Assembly: GCA_023515725.1 (NCBI GenBank)
Contig: JALDTO010000179.1
Span: 330,053 to 394,052, forward strand
Direction of reading: 5' to 3'
Origin: Amoeboaphelidium protococcarum X5
Taxonomy: Eukaryota; Fungi; Aphelidiomycota
DNA: 64,000 bases
Shown here piece by piece: positions 24,702 to 38,605 of this stretch (within the stretch, counting starts at the first letter, position 1; the number at the start of each line of letters is the position of its first letter). A program made the translations under genes and the position numbers. The notes under the pieces are model-generated. The model did not search any database and was not told where the DNA came from. It was given only the letters and a program-made list of their open reading frames with translations.

Positions 24702-25493
24702 TCAATGTCGCCGCTTATTGTGTCTTCCGGTATCATCAGTCATAGAGTGGCGCGAACGTTTAACAGATGATGATCCTCGCCTGCTATTATTGTTAGACAT
24801 TAGTGACTGCTTTTTAGATTTAATACCACCACCCAGTCTACATGGCTTCCAGTCAGGTACAGTTCTTCCCCGTTCCACATCAATTAACAGTTACTGACCG
24901 TGTATAGATGGGCTGTTAGTGTGCATCGAATGGTACGCTCGCTTCAAAGACTCTTCATTGTCATACTCAATGAACGCGTAAGGCCTCACAACTCCATTAG
25001 GCTTTTTGATTCGAAATACTTTGCAATCACCAAATCTGTCAAATATCCCTTTTATATCTTCTTCTGTAGACCGCGTAGGTATATTACCAACGAATAGCGT
25101 GTTGTAAGGATTGGAACTGAGTTGCTTCAACAGAACTTCGCCCTCTTCTAAATCCTCCGCCGCATCTCCATCACCATCGTAATCCAGAGACGAGTCCACA
25201 ACCATAGCACTCTCGGCCAGCTTGTATGGATCATATTCTTTCAACTACCTTTAGAGCTCCAATTATGCTCGCTTTATTTTCTCTTCCCTTACGCGGCGCT
25301 TTCTCTAAAGTGGTGCCTCAGATGGCTAATATTGATCATCGAATCCAATATACTTCAAATACTACGCTACTCCCGAATGTTATTACGTAGTCCTCGATGA
25401 TAACCGTCGATCTGTACACGGCTACGTAATATAATTAAGATTAGGCCGCGGAGTAAATAGCTTTTACAAATTTGGTGGTAATTGAGCACTCAT
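24702..25493 (-). CDS. SNRNP70: U1 snRNP 70 kDa protein
   Basis: 'MSAQLPPNLQKLFTPRP', RRM 'NPYNTLFVGNI..RPYAFIEY', 'DVERGRTVPDWKPCRLGGG'. Confidence 0.9.
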
Positions 25494-25608
25494 AATGGCC
25501 GTATGATGAAATTACACGTTTTAGCAGCGGTGAAATCGAAACTTTAAACGCAAAAGAGAAACGCTGGTACAGCACAACTCAACTAAAAGTTCAATCTATT
25601 TCAATCAA

Positions 25609-26766
25609 TCACCAGCGAACATACGGCGGCCTCACATTTACGTGGTCGACTACTTCAAAATCTTCCACTGATCCAACCTCTTCAAGAATTGATGGTAGTT
25701 TTTTCTTCATCTATCGAGCGCGAGACATCAAAGAGACTGCCTCTTGAGGCTTGGTCCCTTCATCCATGAACTTGGCGCGCCTATCAGGAGACAGCTGCTT
25801 AAATAGATCGGATTGACCAACCATATATTGATGCCATCTTGTCCATATACTTTACGGATTCAATTTGTAAAGCCTTTACTGCACACATTGATCCAGCATG
25901 CTGACAACGATGTCTATGATAGGAATATGATTAACGAGAGATTACTGAATCAAATGTTCCAGTTTCGGTGCATCAATTGAGTACACGTGAAGAAGGCGTC
26001 TTACTTCAGTCATATCAATGGCAAAATTATGAATTTCTTAGTAGCGCTTAAAAGTCCTGAGGAGCTTATAGATTAGAGATTAAGTTAGCGGGTATTGCGG
26101 CATCAAGTAATCTCTCATTACACGTAGATTTTCGGACATCTATGCATATTATTATCGATACGAATCATCGCTCTCGTATAAATTAATGTCAAAAAAATCG
26201 TACTATTCGTTAATCACCTCAGCGGGTTCATCTATGTCTCTCCATTTCAGATAAGAGTTGAGTGGCTTGACGTGCTACAGAACTAACTTCTGCAATTGTC
26301 CCATCTAATCTTTAAAATCTTCATCCGATACTATATCCTCCTTCATAACTTCAACATAGTCGGCTATGATATTCTATTGCAACAGAGTGATCGTGGATAC
26401 TAGTTGTGAACTTCGCCTTCTTCTAGATTCTGCCGCTTCATCTAGAACAACCAAGTCCTTTTTTAGTTCCCTAAACGCGCTATTCAATATGATCAAGTGA
26501 TTAGGAGTGAGTGATACCAATTAATCTCGCAGAGTTTAATCATTTCTCTAATACATGGGTAGAATGACCATGCGCAGATCTCGATAATTCTTCAAGTTAT
26601 CCACCAGAATATCAAATCCTGGATGGGCATCTCGCGTTCGTTCATAGCGCGTCTTTTACTTTTAGGGCTACTACTCAGTTTTCGCTCTTCCTCCTTGGGC
26701 GCATTAAATCAACTAATTCATCACTATGAATTATAATATCACTATGCAGAATTTATAGAAGATCAT
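25609..26766 (-). CDS. Hypothetical secreted protein, 385 aa (effector candidate)
   Basis: TGA-free frame missing from the ORF track; N-terminal 'MIFYKFCIVILQFIVMNQLIQCA' looks like a signal peptide; no recognised domain. Confidence 0.65.
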
Positions 26767-26979
26767 GATAGAGGTTAATACAGCGAAAGAATATTATTTA
26801 TTTATCACAGAAAAGGTATCAGATATAAAGAGTATAAAGTGGCATTCATTCTAAATTTTGTCAATTTTCCCTGTTTGATTTTACTCCTTGCCGAGCACTA
26901 TTGAGAGCATTGCGCGCGAGCATTTGCCGGTTCGCTACAATACAATAGTTGTCAGCTTACCATACCTGTTCATATAATA

Positions 26980-27585
26980 ATGGATACTAATATATTCAAT
27001 AGTTCGCTTTCTGCTGGGAGTAAATCTTCAAAGTAGTAGTTTGCTACCGCCGCATCGAGCAAGAACTTGAGTTATTATTTTGTGGTCATCAATGGTAAAG
27101 ATGTTCCCGTGTATGAGTTGGAATCTAGTTTGAATCAATAGCGAAAGTCTGTGTATCAAGCTCTGATTTATGGCGCACTGGATACTCTTGATGAATTATT
27201 CAATACTTCCACCTTCCAGAGATGTATTGAAAGAACTTCACTTAGCGGTGAGAATTATAACATCTACGGATACGTGACGCCTGGCTCTGCCCTCAAATTC
27301 CTTCTGCTGACTGTGAATGCGGATCAGATGTAATCAGCCTTGTCAAGTGCATTGGGCGGTAGTGGAGCATCTGCAACAGATTCGCTACGATTGGGTGGAT
27401 CTAGTTCAAGTAAGAATCAAGTTAAGGATGATGATGTTAAGCAGTTTATGCAGGATGTTCATGAGCTAATCATCCGTTGTATGTTGAATCCCTTTGTGGA
27501 CTTTAACTCTTCTGTACAGATACCGGTTGCCTACTATAATTAGCTGGACTCAAAAATACGATTGCTGGGTAAGAAATATTTATGA
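26980..27585 (+). CDS. TRS20: TRAPP subunit Trs20/sedlin (TRAPPC2-like)
   Basis: 'YYFVVINGKDVPVYELE', 'ALIYGALDTLDE', 'IYGYVTPGSALKFLLL', 'VKQFMQDVHELIIRCMLNPF'. Confidence 0.8.
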
Positions 27586-27643
27586 ACACGTAATGAGTTT
27601 ATTTTGTTGTATAGTTTTAGCGGGCTTAGATGATTAATATATT

Positions 27644-28523
27644 TCAACCAGGTGGTAACATCGTGGAATCTACAGACGAATTCTCATCATCTGCCGTATC
27701 ATCCTAATCATCTATATTCGGTATAACAGTCCTTGGAATAACTACCAGCCCGCTGCGAACTATTTCCTTCACATCTCCAACATCTGCACTCTTGATTATG
27801 CCAATAAATGCATCAATTCTGCGCTTTTTGGCGGACAACTCAATAATCATTTAAGTGGGATGAACATCAACAACTTTACCACCAAACAGCTTAGTCAGTT
27901 CAATCAATGACTACCGCTGCGTCTCTATAGCAGTCTCATGGTTCATTTCCACTTTGAGTAGCAGAAGCTCTCGTTCTATTAAACTCACATCTGTATAATC
28001 CAACACTCCCCAGCAGGCAACCTGATCTTCCAGCTGTTTTCGTGCTTATTCCACAACACTATCACCCCTGCTAATCGCTGACATTTACTAAAATGAAGAA
28101 CCAGCACTTTGCTATTATTACTGCGGCTTGGTCTCTACTCTTATGACTATTGTCATTCGCGATAGATCTGGCACCTCGGTGGCGCACGCTACCAGCGACT
28201 CTATATTGAATCCTCTACTTGCCAATACTCCAGAAACTCTACACTCATATGTACAAAATACAAACGCGTCATTGATCGATTAATGTTGACTTATTTGCTA
28301 ACTGTAAAACTTACCGCGATAATACTCCAGGCTCATTGGTGACGAGCGCTGACAATATATGCCGCTTGAAGGTGGGAGGTGCAACTTCAAGAGGTGTTTC
28401 GTACAGGATGGACTTTGCTGCATCCTTGGCACTTTTAACGGCATTGCTGTTTATGACGCGTGGTCCTACTTTATTCTTCCCACTCTGATGGATAGATTTA
28501 AATAAAGGACGTGTTATAAACAT
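27644..28523 (-). CDS. ILV6: Acetolactate synthase regulatory subunit; intron 28239-28314
   Basis: 'HILSALVTNEPGVLSR|VSGVLASRGFNIESLVACATEVPDLSRMTIV', C-terminal 'STMLPPG'. Confidence 0.9.
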
Positions 28524-28575
28524 GATTTTTATTACTATCGTTCAATGGTAAGATGTTTATATCTCTGAAGAGAAT

Positions 28576-29904
28576 TCAACTTTGACTTTGAAAAAGATTT
28601 CCCATTGCGCGAATCTGCCTATCTTTCATGAGCTACAAAGCTAAATCATTGTACTCGGCGGTGTGCACAAAAGATTTGCTCCTGGTCCCTGTAGAATTAA
28701 CACCATCACCATTTTGCAAACTGTTCAGAATATTTCTTGCCCGGTTCAGCTCAATTTCAACTTCAAACTTATCCTTCTTCATGTTAGTGTAAGCACTGAG
28801 CCAGCAATTGTTGATTGGGAACCATATCTGGCCATTCAGTTCTGCTTTCAACTCCTGCAGTTGGATAATCTGATCACCCAACTCATAAAGATTACCAGTT
28901 GATTCAAAGTATGCCTCAGTTGCAGCCATAATTGCCTCGGCGTCCTGATGCTTACTGCCACCGCCAAATCTTCCCAATTTCAACACGCCGGAATCCTCGG
29001 TGAAACTTGGCTGCGAGTGTTGAGACATTTAATCACTGCGGTGATATTCAGCCTCTTTGTTAGATTCTGATCTTTTGTTCTTGCGCGCAATATATGAAGG
29101 CTTGGATTTGGTAGAATTGACTTTACCAGAGCTAGATGATAGAGATATAGGCTTTGATGAGGTGTACAGCTGAAGCATTTGCAGAGCAGCATTGCGAAAC
29201 TTTTTCTCCTTTTCATACTTTGACTTTAAACATGCCAAATTTTCATCAACCATTTACAATTATTTGTAGCTTTGCTTCCAGCTCAAGAATTAAGTTTTAT
29301 CCAGATTATCAAATATGGGAGAATTATCAATCTTACTAACATAATTCACCAGGCGCAGGAAATACTTTCCAAGGTATTAATCATCTTGCTTCAAGTATTC
29401 TTGTGCTAGAAGCATTTAGTCACGGTGAATGAACTTGCGTTCCTCTCCCTCAATATCATTGACAGAATTATAACTCTACGCTGATAAAAAGGCCTCTGAA
29501 GTAGCCAGATCCTGCGCCAGATGACCTTTCTTCAAAGTTCCGGATAGTATCGTGTTCAATGGGATTCCTCCTTCAACAATGGTGGACGATTCTTTCAAAA
29601 TTTACACAGTGTTTTTACATTCCTGGGCCGTGAATCTTGACATGACACTTTAATGTTAACTCTGCATTTACACAGTATCCTAATCTTCTTCTGAAGTTCT
29701 GATAACACTGACAGGCTTCCTAGGAACTGATATTCTGCGCCCACCAGACTATGTGTTACTTAGAGAAGAAACCGCAGTGCTGCATCTGCTATGGGACTAT
29801 GACCGAGGTGATTAAGAGGAAACTGCAATGTCATTCATTTACACAATCAATGATGTATTCCTTTTTGGCGGCAGAGGTGGAACATATTAGAACTAATCTT
29901 CCAT
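28576..29904 (-). CDS. Coiled-coil protein, possibly Uds1 (up-regulated during septation)-domain
   Basis: ~442-aa frame; 'LKSKYEKEKKFRNAALQMLQLY' resembles the Uds1/HR1-type motif; Ser-rich N-terminus. Confidence 0.5.
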
Positions 29905-30310
29905 CTTAAGCACTATGCTCAATAGAAATATCAAACTTTATTGCAGCACTATCTAATACTCATGAATGAATGAAGAACAATTGCAATTGTTATGACGCTC
30001 ATCTCTGAAACGATAGACGCGTCTGAAACAAACAGATACAATCTTACATTGTTATGACCGACGCGTCGCGTTTCATACACTGTCTGATCCTGGAAAGCCA
30101 GATAGACAGTTGACAAAGTATATAGAGCAGGCATACCGGGCGCTAGAACCTTTTACAAAAGTTTTTTTAACGCTTTTTAATTACACTAGTGAATATCTTT
30201 CAGTCGTTCAATTAACCTTCACCAGCAGAAGAAAGAATTTAAAAATTTTAATTCCACAACAACAAAAAGGTGAAAAATCCGTCCATCACACACAGTAACA
30301 ATAGTAATCT

Positions 30311-31998
30311 GTGTCTTCTCCTCTCGTTTGGTTTCTGCTCTTGGATGGTGATACTGGGGAGCCTTACCGGGGAACATCTGCTACCTCCATTTTACGCTCT
30401 TCTCTTCCACCTGGTTCTGTCATTGCTTAATTTAAAGATGCTGCCAAGGCCGAGCATTCCAACAAGCTCTCTTCCGTGGACGCTGCTGACCTTCTTGTCT
30501 ACAAGAACAAAGCTGCTTTTGACAAGAGAAACGCTGCCGTTGATGATGGAAAGGAAGAACCGTTAGAGGAAGACTCTATCATTGATGGTCTGGGATAGTC
30601 GAGGTAAGAAGACATGCTCGTTGTCGTTGTCCCGTAGCCTATCCTGCCATCCCAAACCCAATCTTCTCCCTTTCCACTTTGCGGCGTTCCATTCTTCAAC
30701 AGCATTGGCAACGCTAAGGAATCTGATGGATGGATTTCGTTTGGGAATATTATTCCGTCCACTACTTTGAAGAATCTGTTCATACGCGAAAGCTATCGAA
30801 CAATAGCCTCAAGTATCTATCCTGGCAGCAACAAGGCAATCCTCACTGGTACTCCTGGCTTGGAAAATCGCTCTTCCTTATTTACCTTTTACGGATATTG
30901 ACCATGGAAGGGAAGCGTGTTCTGTTCATTTATCATCCGTACAATATTTACTATGATGGAAAAGGAGGTGTTTTCCATTTGCCCATTTACATTTGCCTCT
31001 TTCTATTGACCGTTCGTTTTGGAATGATACGCTTTGGTGTTTATTTGATGCTAAATCCGAATCAGTTGGCGATATGAACTTTTTACCACATGAACTGTGT
31101 AAATTCATCTTGGCGACCTCCCTCGACGAGAAATGGTGAACGATTTCCAAAAACCTCCTGTACCTCAGATTGGCTACATATCAACGTGGACTGTGGCTGA
31201 ATTGGAGGCTATTGCACCGTATTTCCTAATGCTAATGATGTATGGCGTGAGCGTTATCAAATTCTTGGCGGAATCCCTCGGCACGTCTTGGAAGTCACGA
31301 CTAATTCTCCCACAGAGACTCTTGAAATTGCATGTACGGACTGCTCATTAGACGATTGCATCTAAAATATAAGCTTGGATTGTACCATCAGGAAAAAATC
31401 GGAGACTATTTATTTTTTGGTACACATTACCTCTACTGCTCCGTACACAAGTTCGTCTGTGTGTTATGCATCTCAAACAGCTTTGGATATTATTGTTCGA
31501 CATATGGGGATAGAAGCCAAGCGTAGAATGTGTTGCCTTATTGCTTCTTGCGAATGGAATCCTCTTACTTCTGCGCTGTGTGGATATATTTTCGAGCCGT
31601 ATGCTATTGAGTTACTCGAGAAGGGTGGTGTTTTTAAGTGCCGAAAGTTGGTCCACGACTGCGAAAGATTCAGACATGAGGAGACGACGCTGGACATTCC
31701 TTCGTCGATTTAAACTGTTGTGGACAAGGTTATGCCCAACCAGACAAGTAATTAGCTCCACGTGCCGAAAACCAAGGACTGCGCAGCATTCGACGCCTGG
31801 ATTCCTGGAATTGGCGCATTTTAAATGACAGTGGGAAGGAAGCATGAAATTAAAAGTGGTGCTAGAGATGATTTAGCTATGCTCGCAGGAGCCAACAGAC
31901 TCTATTGGTTACTACCTCCTTTGTCTAACCGCTCGTTCACTAAATAGCCACCTCTAGATATTGAGTAACATGCGATTTTGATTCCTTATACGGAATGA
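30311..31998 (+). pseudogene. Crinkler (CRN) effector pseudogene: CRN header + P-loop NTPase + REase-like C-terminus
   Basis: 'VWFLLLDGDTGEPYRGT...SNKLSSVDAADLLVYKNKAAFDKRN...LVVVVP'; Walker A 'GTPG[I]GKS' is split by a frameshift near 30859; more shifts near 30990, 31121 and 31220; starts at GTG with no in-frame ATG; 'AFDAWIPGIGAFQMTVG'. Confidence 0.85.
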
Positions 31999-32193
31999 AG
32001 GAATATGTTATAGATACTTATTGTATCTCGGACTATGCTCAGATTAAGTTTTGTATTTTTTGGTCTGAGATTTAGAATAGATGATACTCATTGGGGATAT
32101 ACAATCCACTAGCTCACTATACAATGCGCCGGCAAGGCAAACTCCTAATAGGCAATTATCTTTCAAAATATCTTTATTACTTTCATTTTCGAC

Positions 32194-34107
32194 TCATATA
32201 AAGTGTCCAATCTCAATTTCCAAGGCCGACGCAGGCTAATGAATATCAAAGTTCTTCAGAACCTGGGGATGCAAAATGCCCAGATTGCCAATCACTTTGC
32301 CATTCAGTAACACTTCAGCCTGTCTACCAGGGAAGTAAGTCTCCACAGCAGATTCCCTGATACTGTATCCAATGCTTTTCTCCGCATTCTTCAAAGACAC
32401 ATACGGAACTTCCAGCATGTGCATCAATCTATCCAGCTGACCGTGCACAAACTCAAATCCGCTAGTCTTGCCACAGAACAAGACGCATAACCTTCTCACA
32501 TTCCGCGCACCTCTATCATTCGACGAGTCTTGTAACACAACATCTGCGCACTCATAAATCTTCACTGGCAGTTGGACACTCTTATTAGCATTTAGCGACT
32601 TCAACAATCCCGGCAGCAGGCTAGTTCTCACCACCTGATACTCGGCCGTGGCTGGATTCAGCAAACTGACGGCAGTATTCTAGCTATTCTCGTCATCCTT
32701 TAGACGCAGGAAACCGAAATTCTCCTCTCTTGAACACAAAGTCAGCGTGAGAACTTCAGTCCAGCCACAGAATGCACATTCATTTCTAATCAGATCGGTC
32801 AACTTGTTCAACGGGTTAACAGCACCGACAGTATTTGTCGCAGGAAGATGTTTAGGCAAATTATTGATACCGTACGCCACCGCGACATCTTCCATAATAT
32901 CACATGGATGCAAGATATCACTTCGATAAGGTGGAATCAACACAGTCACTTACTTACCATCAGAGTCAACTACAGCGGACAGCCCCATCTTGCTCAAGAG
33001 TTGAATAATTCTATCACCACTCAGCGTTTCCGTAGCACCAATACAAGAATTGATATAGTCGATTGACGCACTCATAGAACGTTGAGATAAATCCGGATAA
33101 TAAGATATTTCTTCTTTGACAATATTACTTCCACCATCATACTCAACGCGGACCTATTCAATATGACCTGCCTGCTTACAATACTGCGAGAATGCAGTCA
33201 CCATAAGATTTAGCACAGTCTTTGCTTTCGTCAAATCAGTAGCAGTGCATTCAATAAAGATATTCTTGGTATCCAGCGTAATTTTAGAATGATCACCATT
33301 GATGATAGGAGGTAAACTCATCACCACATTATTAGAGTCCAACACGACAGGATACACAGGACTGTCACGTATAATCGGAATAAACTTGGCAAGTCTCTTA
33401 TCATTCAGCTCATAGTAAACAAATAGCTCTTCCGCATTCAGCTCCTAGTCAGCGACTGGATGATTTAAAGGCGTAAACGTGATCTACTGTGGTGGACGAG
33501 CATCATACACAAATGGGCCTTTAACTTTATCCAAATCATGAGTACCAATTGCAACTTTGGAGCGACGTCTACATATGCCAGAATGCAGCTTCTCCTAGAA
33601 ATCGATAAAGCTATCATATGAAGACTGGGTAAACTCAACATCGCGCAAGACTGCACACACGACATAGGGACGCACCCGCGCAGTATTAGCAGTGATGACA
33701 CGCATACTAAGTTGTGGTGCACCAGTGTGGAACTGAGGAGGCTTGTCTTTGCCCATGAAAACACGCAGCGCACGCACCAAGCCTTCAAAACACAAGAGAT
33801 CATAACGATTGGCGCTAACATCAATCTTTAAAATGACGCGTTCGCTAAGATTGTTCAACTAATCCTTGTTGTTATTATTAGACTTTTATCCATGCTAAGC
33901 ACTGCCAGTAGTGCCATTTTGGCTCTACTAAGACGTAAAGGCAGAACCGTCTATAGCGCGTTATTTGATGACCATATCCTTCTCAGTCGTGATGTCGTCA
34001 AGCTCAATACCATAGTCAAAACATATGTCCTCAAACTTTTCAATACTCAAATTTGGTTCTCCCAGAGCAGCGAAGAATAGCTCTTTATCGACGGAGACTG
34101 TCGGCAT
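32194..34107 (-). CDS. FARSB: Phenylalanyl-tRNA synthetase beta subunit (cytosolic)
   Basis: 'MPTVSVDK', '[16 protein letters not shown]', '[13 protein letters not shown]', '[22 protein letters not shown]', '[11 protein letters not shown]'. Confidence 0.95.
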
Positions 34108-34475
34108 CTTTTAGGAGCAAATCTAAGCACTCAATTTATAGTTAGGCGGCCTTCGAAGGAGAGAAGAATCTAACGCGGAAAATTTCGTTGAAAAGCGACA
34201 AGCTTCAATTTTTCACCGAACGATCATCCTACAGTACTACTACTGTGTCTAATCTACTTGATCACGAACGGGTGACATTTTGCTAAGGCACAGAGAATTC
34301 ACATTCTTTATTCATTCATACATCTGTAAGTGTGGCCTTCTATAAGTAGGTTGAAAGCTAAATAAATAAGAATCCTTTACTACATAAGCTTGGAGCGGTT
34401 AAAATGAACAATCAATTGAGACATGTATCAGATGAACATTGGCGATAAAAAATGCAATTTATTTACGGTAGGTCA

Positions 34476-36092
34476 TCAGTTCAAGCTATTTAAATAAGAC
34501 TTCAAATCCTGCAATGACCAACGATTATTCTACAGCTGCAGACAATTTTCGACGATTTTATGAATAATGTTGCTATGTTGAGTGAACTACTCCTTCCACA
34601 CTATTTCACTGCCATCCAATTCACGATAAGATACATGGATAGCCAACTCCTATTTTCTGTTTATAACAAATTGCCAATTAAATTTTTAGGTAGTCCATTA
34701 AAAAACCATAACACCAAGAAGCCACATGTCATATCTTTCAGTAACGCGAATCTCAGGTGCGCTATCACGCGCCTCTTGCAATTTAAGAGATCGAACTCCA
34801 AAGCGTATTGCTAGATCATAATCAATCAACACTATCTTATCATCGCTTTTCCAACATATATTTGCAGCGCGTATATCGCAATGACACATCTTGTGCTCTT
34901 AGCTCAAGCGAGACAACTATTCAACCAACTACAATAAAACGTCCTTCAGTTGAGAAAGTCCAGAGGGAGGACGCTTGTGTAGATCGTCGCCTTCGTACCA
35001 AGGCATGGATAACAAACTTGATTTATCCTTCCACCCTTAACACAGCTCACTATCCCGAAGTAATTCAGAATCCATCATAGTAGGATTACCAGTCCAAACA
35101 CTGTACAGCTTATAAACGCGTTTATTCTTTTAATCAACATAAAGAGGATTGTAGAATGAAGGGCGCGCTATTAACTCGGACACATCAACATGAGGCAGCA
35201 TTTTTTAAACAGAGCCAGGAGGAATCCAACAATATCTGGCACGCGGCTATAAAATATCAGTAGAATGTTCAACCAGGCTTCTTTAAACTTACATTGCCCA
35301 CAATACCCAAGATGACAACATGACAGCCATATCACGGCCAAAACAACGGATTGAGCGCTGAACTTCAATGATACCAGCATAATTGTATACAGAGTTTAAA
35401 TCAATGCGTATCATGTACAACGATTTGTGTGATAGAAGAGGCACGTAAAAGTGCCACTAAGGACCAAATATCTCAGTGACAACATCTGCAGGCAGCATAG
35501 GATAGACTCGCAATATGAAACTTATACCATATAGAGCAGCCTAACGCGCTGGTTTTTCAATTAAAGCGCTTAAGTCATTTTAGAGCAGAGAGTCTAGTTT
35601 GACTTCGGCGATTGGGCCAATAATATCACCACGGCCAATCTTTTACAGCATGATATCACACACGCTATAACGTGGACAAAACACCCTAGGCATAAGTGGC
35701 TAATTTTAAGCTTCAAATCCTGTGTTTCTAGGAATTTCTTTACCTTTTACCCAAGAGTATCCATCAACTTTCAACACTTTAAGAATATACTCTAGCAACT
35801 TTATCACTTAAGGCTGAGTGTCTGCAATCTCACTCTAATCTTGAAGCGTTGATAAACTGCTCAAGTATGTTTCAACATCCTACAAGCCATAATCCATAGC
35901 TGATCTCTGATTTGGAGGCACTTTTTACAATAGTTCAGCATTGAAATCAGTCTTGTTATCAAAAATAAGTAACAAATGAGATGCCACCCCACTATCAATT
36001 GCACTGCTATGATCAGACGTATGTATCAATGGCGACTCTCGTGCATTACTCAGATCCTCGAGAATATTGCTCACGAAATGTGTATTAGACAT
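34476..36092 (-). CDS. PD-(D/E)xK-like nuclease fold + protein kinase, copy 1 (538 aa; CRN-type C-terminal architecture)
   Basis: 'CDIML..GPIAEVK..ARQAALYG' followed by kinase 'RVYKLY', 'CHCDIRAANI', 'LIDYDLA', 'SAPE', 'YDMWLLG'. Confidence 0.75.
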
Positions 36093-36389
36093 TACTTGCG
36101 ATGTTTAGAAATGTAAAGTGATAAAGTTAATGAAGGACTGAAGGAGAAATGAAAGACGCTACTTTAATGACCAATAAAAATGTACAGCCAATCAGATGTG
36201 ATGACTAGGCGCAGCGATAAATAAGTCGTGGCGCGGGAATTGTTATAAATCAGGTTGGTGCGTACACAAAAGCTCAGCATATGCGAATATAAATGTTATA
36301 CGGTTAACCGTGTTATAAGGTTCCAAGATAGCGAGCGCCTCAGCTCTCTTTCTTCCTTCCGTCTCAATTAGCGAATGCGATGTGGCCGG

Positions 36390-38300
36390 CTATATAGAGC
36401 TGCGAGCTAGCAGCTTTTTAGTCGTAAACTGTTTAATGGGAGTGCAGTTGAGTAATCGACTTTTAATTCTTTTAGTGTCTTTAATAACATGATGCAAGAT
36501 GATTCTGACGATGCTTATTGCATGGGACCGAAGAAATAGTTTCACAATAAGAAAATTACGTGACTTCTTGGTCAAATTCGACGACGGAGTGTCTGAAGGA
36601 TTATGTAGGGCTAGGATGCTTTCAAGGTGTGTTGACTGCCTTTCAACTACTTTTAAATATATCATCTGCATATATCATATACGCCGTATACCTTATAATA
36701 CGTATAGGATTTTGAAATGGGTGTAATGATTTGGGTGATCTCAGATTGGGGCCTGTACAATATCCTCTTAGTAAATCGAACCTTAAGTCCAGCTGGTTTG
36801 TCTATCTTGGACTCCTCTTACATACATCATCCGGTGAGTCTTAAGCTGAGATATCTATAGTTGCTTCCGTTCCCTGCCAAAAAGTTGCAGATGATGACGT
36901 TTAGTAAAAGTGGTTTGGATAACATTCTGCAGTTGACTCAGTTTTAGAAGCTGTTTAATATTCCAACGCTAACTAGTAAGTATAATGGTAAACTGATTTC
37001 ATTTTGCACGGATGTGAAAAGTCTGTCATTCGGATATGAGGTTTAGAAAAATGTCACCTCCGAACTGATCTATGGCAAATGCATAAGTGTTGTGCCATAT
37101 CCTAACTGTAGTAATTAAAACGCTATTGGGAACGATCAAATTGCTGCGCATTAGGATTTCAACTCTAAAGATGAAGTAGAGTCTTATGAAAGTCGACGAT
37201 GAAGTAGAAGAAGATGATAATTTGGACAGAGTTGATGCAGTGATCGAAGATTTACTAGAACAGAATGATGCTGGTAATGATTGACAATGCTTTGAGTAAG
37301 ACTCTGATGTTGAAGAAGATACCATGAGAAGATTAGTCAAATCTTGCTAAGAAATCAGATATTTCCGATGTCCGTGTAAATATCCTCCCGGAATAGGTGG
37401 CCTAGGACATCGTTATAATTTAAGGTGACGAAAGTGAAAATTGTGACGCGTAAGTGCTCTATTATGCTTACTGAATTAAATTAAGAGATTTGTGATGCTG
37501 TAGCTTGACCTGCGCTCGCGCTAGAAATTCACCAGCAGTTAACTGCAAAAGCGAGTCTTCAGTTATTTAACTGAGACAATGGACAAGAAGATCAGAGATT
37601 TTATGGGTAGATTCAATGCGCAGTGGGGCTCTATCTTCTCAAAGTTTGGCGAGGATTCTGTTAGTTTTGTTATATTTGTCAAATAACCAGATACTCTGCA
37701 TCTCAATTTCACCATGTTCTAGTAAATTGGTCCAGTCTTATTACTGCACAAGTTTGTGCACATGAAGCAAAGCGCATTAGAAGAGATGCTGCTGTGTAGA
37801 TTGGAAGGTGTCCACGCTATATTAAAGTTTTTCTACCAAAGTCTAAAGGCAATGGTTCTAGTGCTAAGAAAAGTACCGAATTCTCTTTAGTTCGTAATTA
37901 CAATGTTCGTCTTTTGTGTCCTGTAATAGCTTTTTGGGAATATCTGCAATTTTCTGGATTGAGTACTAGTACTTTTTTATTGGAAACTATTAATGTTCTA
38001 AAAACAAAGTTCGTAATTCTGCATAATCTCACGTAAATTCTGCGTCTTCCCTCTTCGTATGGGATGCTAAGAGGACTTATCGGAGTCTATATAAAGGCTT
38101 CAGCCATACTTGGACATCGAAATATTATACGCACCAATAGGCGCAAGGTTTAATTGTCCGCTTGTCTTGGTGTAATATAGCTTTATTGCAGTATTTAGAC
38201 CGAATGACCTGCATTAAAGTTTAGTGAAGGAGCAAATGACGTTTACTTTGGCATATAGTCATACTTTGGGGAGAGACTAATACTTGTAGAATTGGCGGCA
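36390..38300. mobile_element. Degenerate transposon-like relics (possible non-LTR ORF2 fragment on -, possible tyrosine-recombinase fragment on +); repeated at ~40520-43130
   Basis: Broken coding-like frames with TGA stops; 'AIDQFGG..LNL..IRAK' and 'APIWDHP' (-); acidic tract and 'LCPVIAFWEYL' (+). Confidence 0.3.
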
Positions 38301-38605
38301 AAGAGTTTTTTGTTGAAAAGCGATAAGCTTCAATTTTCACCGAACGATCATCCTACAGTACTACTGTGCCTAATCTACTTGATCACGAACGGGTGACATT
38401 TTCCTTAGGCAACAGAGAAATCACATTCTTTATTTATTCATACATCTGTAAGTGTGGCCTTCTATGAGTAGATTGAAAGCTTCATAAATAAACGTTCTTT
38501 CCCACTTAGGCTTGGAGCGGTTAAAATGAACAATCAATTAAGACATGGATCAAATGAACACATTGGCGATAAAAAATGCAATTTTATTTAATCAGTTCAA
38601 GCTAA

